Source of the DNA: Candidatus Proteinoplasmatales archaeon SG8-5
GTDB lineage: Archaea > Thermoplasmatota > Thermoplasmata > SG8-5
Assembly (NCBI GenBank): GCA_001595885.1
Contig: LSSH01000084.1
Location: forward strand, 1 to 41,329
Direction: 5' to 3'
DNA: 41,329 nucleotides
The notes below the pieces were generated by a model that searched no databases, had not been told where the DNA came from, and worked only from the letters and a program-made list of their open reading frames with translations. Below are positions 38,299 to 41,329 of this stretch, piece after piece (the first letter of the stretch is position 1; each line of letters starts with the position of its first letter). The translations under genes and the position numbers were made by a program.

Positions 38299-38613
38299 TT
38301 ATCCGTACATCATGCCGTCGTATTCCTCGATCGGTCCCTGGCGCTTCTTCAGCTTCTCCTGCACCTTCTTGAGCTGCTCGGTCTCCCTTCCCGTGAACTG
38401 GAAATCACCGCTGGCAAGGCTGACGAATGTCTTGTCCGGCAGGGGTTCCGTGGCGATGAGGCCTTTCACGGCCAGGACCTTCAGCGAGTTCTCCACCCGG
38501 TTCTTGGGCTCCTTCAGGTAATCGGCAATCTCGTCGACGGTTATCGGGTACACCTCGACCAGCAGGAGAAGTATCTTCGCCTCCAGGCTGCTGGTATCGA
38601 ACGTCGATGGCAT
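38299..38613 (-). CDS. Small winged-HTH protein with C-terminal MYG
   Basis: ITVDEIADYL...VENSLKVLAVKGLI wHTH pattern; tightly spaced operon. Confidence 0.72.
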   Translation of the reverse strand: MPSTFDTSSLEAKILLLLVEVYPITVDEIADYLKEPKNRVENSLKVLAVKGLIATEPLPDKTFVSLASGDFQFTGRETEQLKKVQEKLKKRQGPIEEYDGMMYG

Positions 38614-38614
38614 G

Positions 38615-38905
38615 CTATCCGAACATCGTGCCCGAATCGGGCTTGTCCTTCTCTTCCTTCTCCGCGGCCTTCAGGATGTCGATGGCTATGATGACGTGCA
38701 CCGGTATCACGCGGATGCGGCCGGCCATGTCCTTGTGCGACGAGTCCAGCTCGATGCAGAGGCCTTCGTCGTGGGCTATTGCCGTGTACCCGAGGAACTT
38801 CCCGTGAGTGATAAGGGGAGCGTCCCTCGATTCCAGTGATTTGATCCTGTATTTCGAGCCCACCGTCAGCATGATGCCTGAGTCGTCCTCTCTCTTTTCC
38901 TTCAT
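38615..38905 (-). CDS. Small uncharacterised beta-rich (Sm/SH3-like?) protein with C-terminal MFG
   Basis: GAGGAAG upstream, 1-nt spacing to both neighbours, alternating beta-strand pattern. Confidence 0.7.
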   Translation of the reverse strand: MKEKREDDSGIMLTVGSKYRIKSLESRDAPLITHGKFLGYTAIAHDEGLCIELDSSHKDMAGRIRVIPVHVIIAIDILKAAEKEEKDKPDSGTMFG

Positions 38906-38906
38906 G

Positions 38907-39356
38907 TCACTTCCTCTCCTTTTCAGCTAACTTCTGAATGTGGTCCACACTCTTCCTGTAGTTGCCCATGGAGACGTTGACGTTCTCCTCCACGAAGTGC
39001 CAGGCATCGGCTAGGCTCGAATATCGCAGGCGGTATCCCCTCTTCTGGCTGCCGTCGTCCTCCTCTATGTAGGATTCCTCGATCAATGTCATGGCCTTCA
39101 GCTGGTTCACGTATTTGCATACTGTAGGCTGTGTCGTTTTCAACTCGTGTGCCAGTTCCTTGATGAACCAGGTCTTGTCGCTTCGGCGCAGGAAGCAGTC
39201 GACGAAAAGCCTGAAGGCAATGCTCTTCCGGACATCGGTTCCGCGGATGCGGGGGCCGAAGTAGCCGATGTGAGTGAGGAATATCTCCGCCGCCTCCTCA
39301 AGGTCGTCGACCGAGGTCAGGGGAGTGTGCTTCTTCAGAGTTATCTCAAAGTCCAT
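38907..39356 (-). CDS. Winged-HTH (ArsR-like) protein
   Basis: IKELAHELKTTQPTVCKYVNQLKAMTLIE...GYRL. Confidence 0.78.
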   Translation of the reverse strand: MDFEITLKKHTPLTSVDDLEEAAEIFLTHIGYFGPRIRGTDVRKSIAFRLFVDCFLRRSDKTWFIKELAHELKTTQPTVCKYVNQLKAMTLIEESYIEEDDGSQKRGYRLRYSSLADAWHFVEENVNVSMGNYRKSVDHIQKLAEKERK

Positions 39357-39419
39357 GAAAGGGTGAATGGGTTCGGGCTATTTAACGTTGAGGTTAAAAA
39401 ATTAACAGTAAGGAGAAAT

Positions 39420-39644
39420 TCATCTGCCCAAGGAATCGAGCTTCCTCTCCTCCTTGGTGGCCTTCTTGAACTTGCGGTAATGGTCCTTGCAGAGGGAGAC
39501 CTTTTTCCCTTCCCCGTCGAGCGAGAACTCCACGCTGGACTCGACTTTCTTGCGGGAAAGAGAGCGCGAGCCCTCGTTCTCGCAGCCCGCCGCTTCACAC
39601 TTGGCGCCGCCCTCTCTCTTAATGCTTTTCCGGGATGCCATCAC
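39420..39644 (-). CDS. Small basic zinc-binding protein
   Basis: Cx4C...CxxH (CEAAGC...CKDH), Lys/Arg-rich tail. Confidence 0.72.
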   Translation of the reverse strand: MMASRKSIKREGGAKCEAAGCENEGSRSLSRKKVESSVEFSLDGEGKKVSLCKDHYRKFKKATKEERKLDSLGR

Positions 39645-39726
39645 AATCTCAAAAGACCTGCCGTATTAAAGGATAACGGCGGTTCGTGGCGCGCATTTAT
39701 TTATCCGAGTCATCCATCCACCCGCA

Positions 39727-40647
39727 ATGGCTGAGATGATCGGGGAAACCGCCGCGGTCCTGACTGCAACCCTCTGGACCTTCAATTCGATACTGTTCGC
39801 GTCGGCTGGCAGGAAGATCGGCTCGGTCAGTGTCAACGCCTTCAGGATTGCCATCGCCGTTGGCCTGCTCACCATCACCCACTTCATACTGCTGGGCACC
39901 TTCCTCCCGATGGCCTCGGACGAGCAATGGTTCTGGATAGGCCTGAGCGGGATCATCGGACTGGGAATAGGTGATTTCGCCCTGTTCGCTGCCTTCGTCA
40001 TCATCGGACCCAGAAGGTCGGTGCTCATGATGGCGCTGTCGCCGATCTTCGCTGCCATGGTCGCCTATCTCATGCTCGGGGAGGAGCTGTCGACCTGGAC
40101 GGGCATCGGCATTGCCGTGACCTTGACTGGAGTAATAGTCGTTATCCTTGAGAGGGAAGAGGCTTCTGACGAGAAGCCCATCTCCGATAGGACGAAGGTC
40201 TGGGGGACCAGCTTAGGCCTGATAGGGGCCGTCGGCCAGGGAGTGGGCATCGTATTTGCCAAACAAGGCATGCTGCTGTACCCGGACCCGGACAACATCG
40301 ACATCACCCTCTCGGCCACCCTCATCAGGATGATAGCCGGCGCATTGTTCGTCTGGATAGTCGTGGTCTTCGCCGGCAAGCTCCCACAATTACGGAAGGC
40401 CCTGAAGAACAGGAGGGGAATGGCCGAGACCTCCGCGGGTGCGTTCATCGGCCCCTTCATCGGCGTGACCCTCTCGATGGTCGCCGTCCTGTACACACAA
40501 GCTGGCGTTGCACAAACCCTGATGTCGCTCATGCCCGTGTTCATCATCCCGGTAATCTGGGTGCTATTCAGGCAGAGGACGAGCTGGAGAGGTATCCTGG
40601 GAGCCATTGTGGCAGTGGTCGGTGTGGCCATTCTGTTCCTTGTTTGA
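39727..40647 (+). CDS. DMT/EamA family transporter
   Basis: About 10 TMs in two EamA repeats; LSP..A....LGE and ..G....V.GV motifs. Confidence 0.9.
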   Translation: MAEMIGETAAVLTATLWTFNSILFASAGRKIGSVSVNAFRIAIAVGLLTITHFILLGTFLPMASDEQWFWIGLSGIIGLGIGDFALFAAFVIIGPRRSVLMMALSPIFAAMVAYLMLGEELSTWTGIGIAVTLTGVIVVILEREEASDEKPISDRTKVWGTSLGLIGAVGQGVGIVFAKQGMLLYPDPDNIDITLSATLIRMIAGALFVWIVVVFAGKLPQLRKALKNRRGMAETSAGAFIGPFIGVTLSMVAVLYTQAGVAQTLMSLMPVFIIPVIWVLFRQRTSWRGILGAIVAVVGVAILFLV

Positions 40648-40697
40648 TTAGTATCCATAACCTACATATACCTTATCCTTTTTCAGGAGGTTGGTAA

Positions 40698-40921
40698 GGG
40701 CCTGTAGCTTAGTCAGGCGGAGCGTCTGGCTCATAACCAGATGGTCGCCGGTTCAAACCGAAGGCCAGCGTCTTTGCATAACCGCTGGCAGAGCTGGTCG
40801 AGGCACGGACGAAAACGATAATGTCATACAAGCGACCCTTTTTCGTCAAGTGTCCGAAAATTGCATAGCAGTTTTCGGATTGCCTTGGAACGCCTCTTCG
40901 TTGGAAATCCGGTCAGGCCCA
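40698..40921 (+). tRNA. tRNA with CAU anticodon (probably tRNA-Ile2) carrying a 150-nt T-loop intron; exons 40698-40757 and 40908-40921
   Basis: Joined exons give a 74-nt cloverleaf: GGGCCTG/CAGGCCC acceptor, GCTT/GAGC D-stem, TCTGG-CTCATAA-CCAGA, GCCGG-TTCAAAT-CCGGT, discriminator A. The GGGCC start fits archaeal Ile2 rather than initiator (AGC) or elongator (GCC) Met. Confidence 0.88.
40758..40907 (+). other. tRNA intron at non-canonical position 59/60
   Basis: Junction folds as TTCA/TGGA 4-bp helix with AA^C and AA^T segments, closed by CGAAG/CTTCG; one extra T makes it a relaxed BHL rather than strict BHB. Confidence 0.78.
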
Positions 40922-40983
40922 CTTAGTATTTTCACCCACCCCACCCCGCCCTTTTTAACCTCCATCATTTATGGGGCGGTGTT

Positions 40984-41329
40984 ATGAGCGTGTTCGAGCT
41001 TCTTGACGAGCGTATCCAGGGTTCTCTGGCGAAGTTGGGCATAACGGAACCGTCGGATGCTCAGGTAGGGGTGATACCGGAGCTGTTGAAGGGCAACGAC
41101 CTGCTCCTCGTGGCCCCGACCGGCATAGGCAAGACGGAAGCGGCCATGTTGCCCATATTGGACGACATACTGGAAAAAGGACCGGAGGGCTTCTACGTCA
41201 TATATGTAACTCCGTTGAGGGCCCTCAACCGCGACATGCTGAGGAGGCTGGAGTGGTTCGGCAAGGAGCTTGGGATCACGGTCGGGGTCAGGCACGGGGA
41301 CACCAGCCAGTATGAGCGCACAAAGCAGG
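40984..41329 (+). CDS. lhr: Lhr-like DEAD/DEAH-box helicase, N-terminal part (truncated by window end; absent from the ORF track)
   Basis: My translation: MSVFELLDERI...Q...APTGIGKTEAA...YVTPLRALNRD...VGVRHGDT. Confidence 0.9.
   Translation, partial: MSVFELLDERIQGSLAKLGITEPSDAQVGVIPELLKGNDLLLVAPTGIGKTEAAMLPILDDILEKGPEGFYVIYVTPLRALNRDMLRRLEWFGKELGITVGVRHGDTSQYERTKQ

Noticed and set aside
40794..40816. Hammerhead-like CTGGTCGAG...GGACGAAA in the tRNA intron
   Set aside because: The core needs CUGANGA and a stem II; neither is present, and GACGAAAA is already paired in an 8-bp stem.
40758..40907. Integrated element (att site) in the tRNA T-loop instead of an intron
   Set aside because: No duplicated tRNA 3' end restoring the gene and no integrase; the junction fits an endonuclease splice motif.
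1..41329. Pyrrolysine/selenocysteine readthrough, inteins, frameshifted genes
   Set aside because: Recognised proteins appear full length with no in-frame stops or intein motifs.

Overview
Archaeal chromosomal window, most likely Thermoplasmatota (inferred from RadA, aIF-1A/RIO1/KH cluster, PAC2, phosphopantothenate synthetase and Lhr). About 1-19.9 kb is a surface-glycan biosynthesis island: five GT4s, a GT2, GT-C-like membrane proteins, flippases, a B12-radical SAM enzyme, a CapK-like ligase and a membrane-anchored Ig-repeat/D-glucuronyl C5-epimerase fusion. The rest is mostly housekeeping genes. Main unusual signals: (1) a tRNA(CAU), probably Ile2, split in its T-loop (59/60) by a 150-nt multi-hairpin intron with a relaxed bulge-helix-loop junction, with CAUA at all three intron hairpin tips; (2) a ~355-nt stem-rich intergenic region of unknown class upstream of an lsrF-like gene; (3) two ~100-bp double-hairpin IS200/IS605-end-like repeats plus a split third hairpin; (4) a mostly synonymously recoded duplicate of the radA 3' end, resembling an integration scar; (5) HbYX-like proteasome-docking tails on two uncharacterised proteins; (6) two probable CTG starts. 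All calls are by eye; no searches or folding programs were run.
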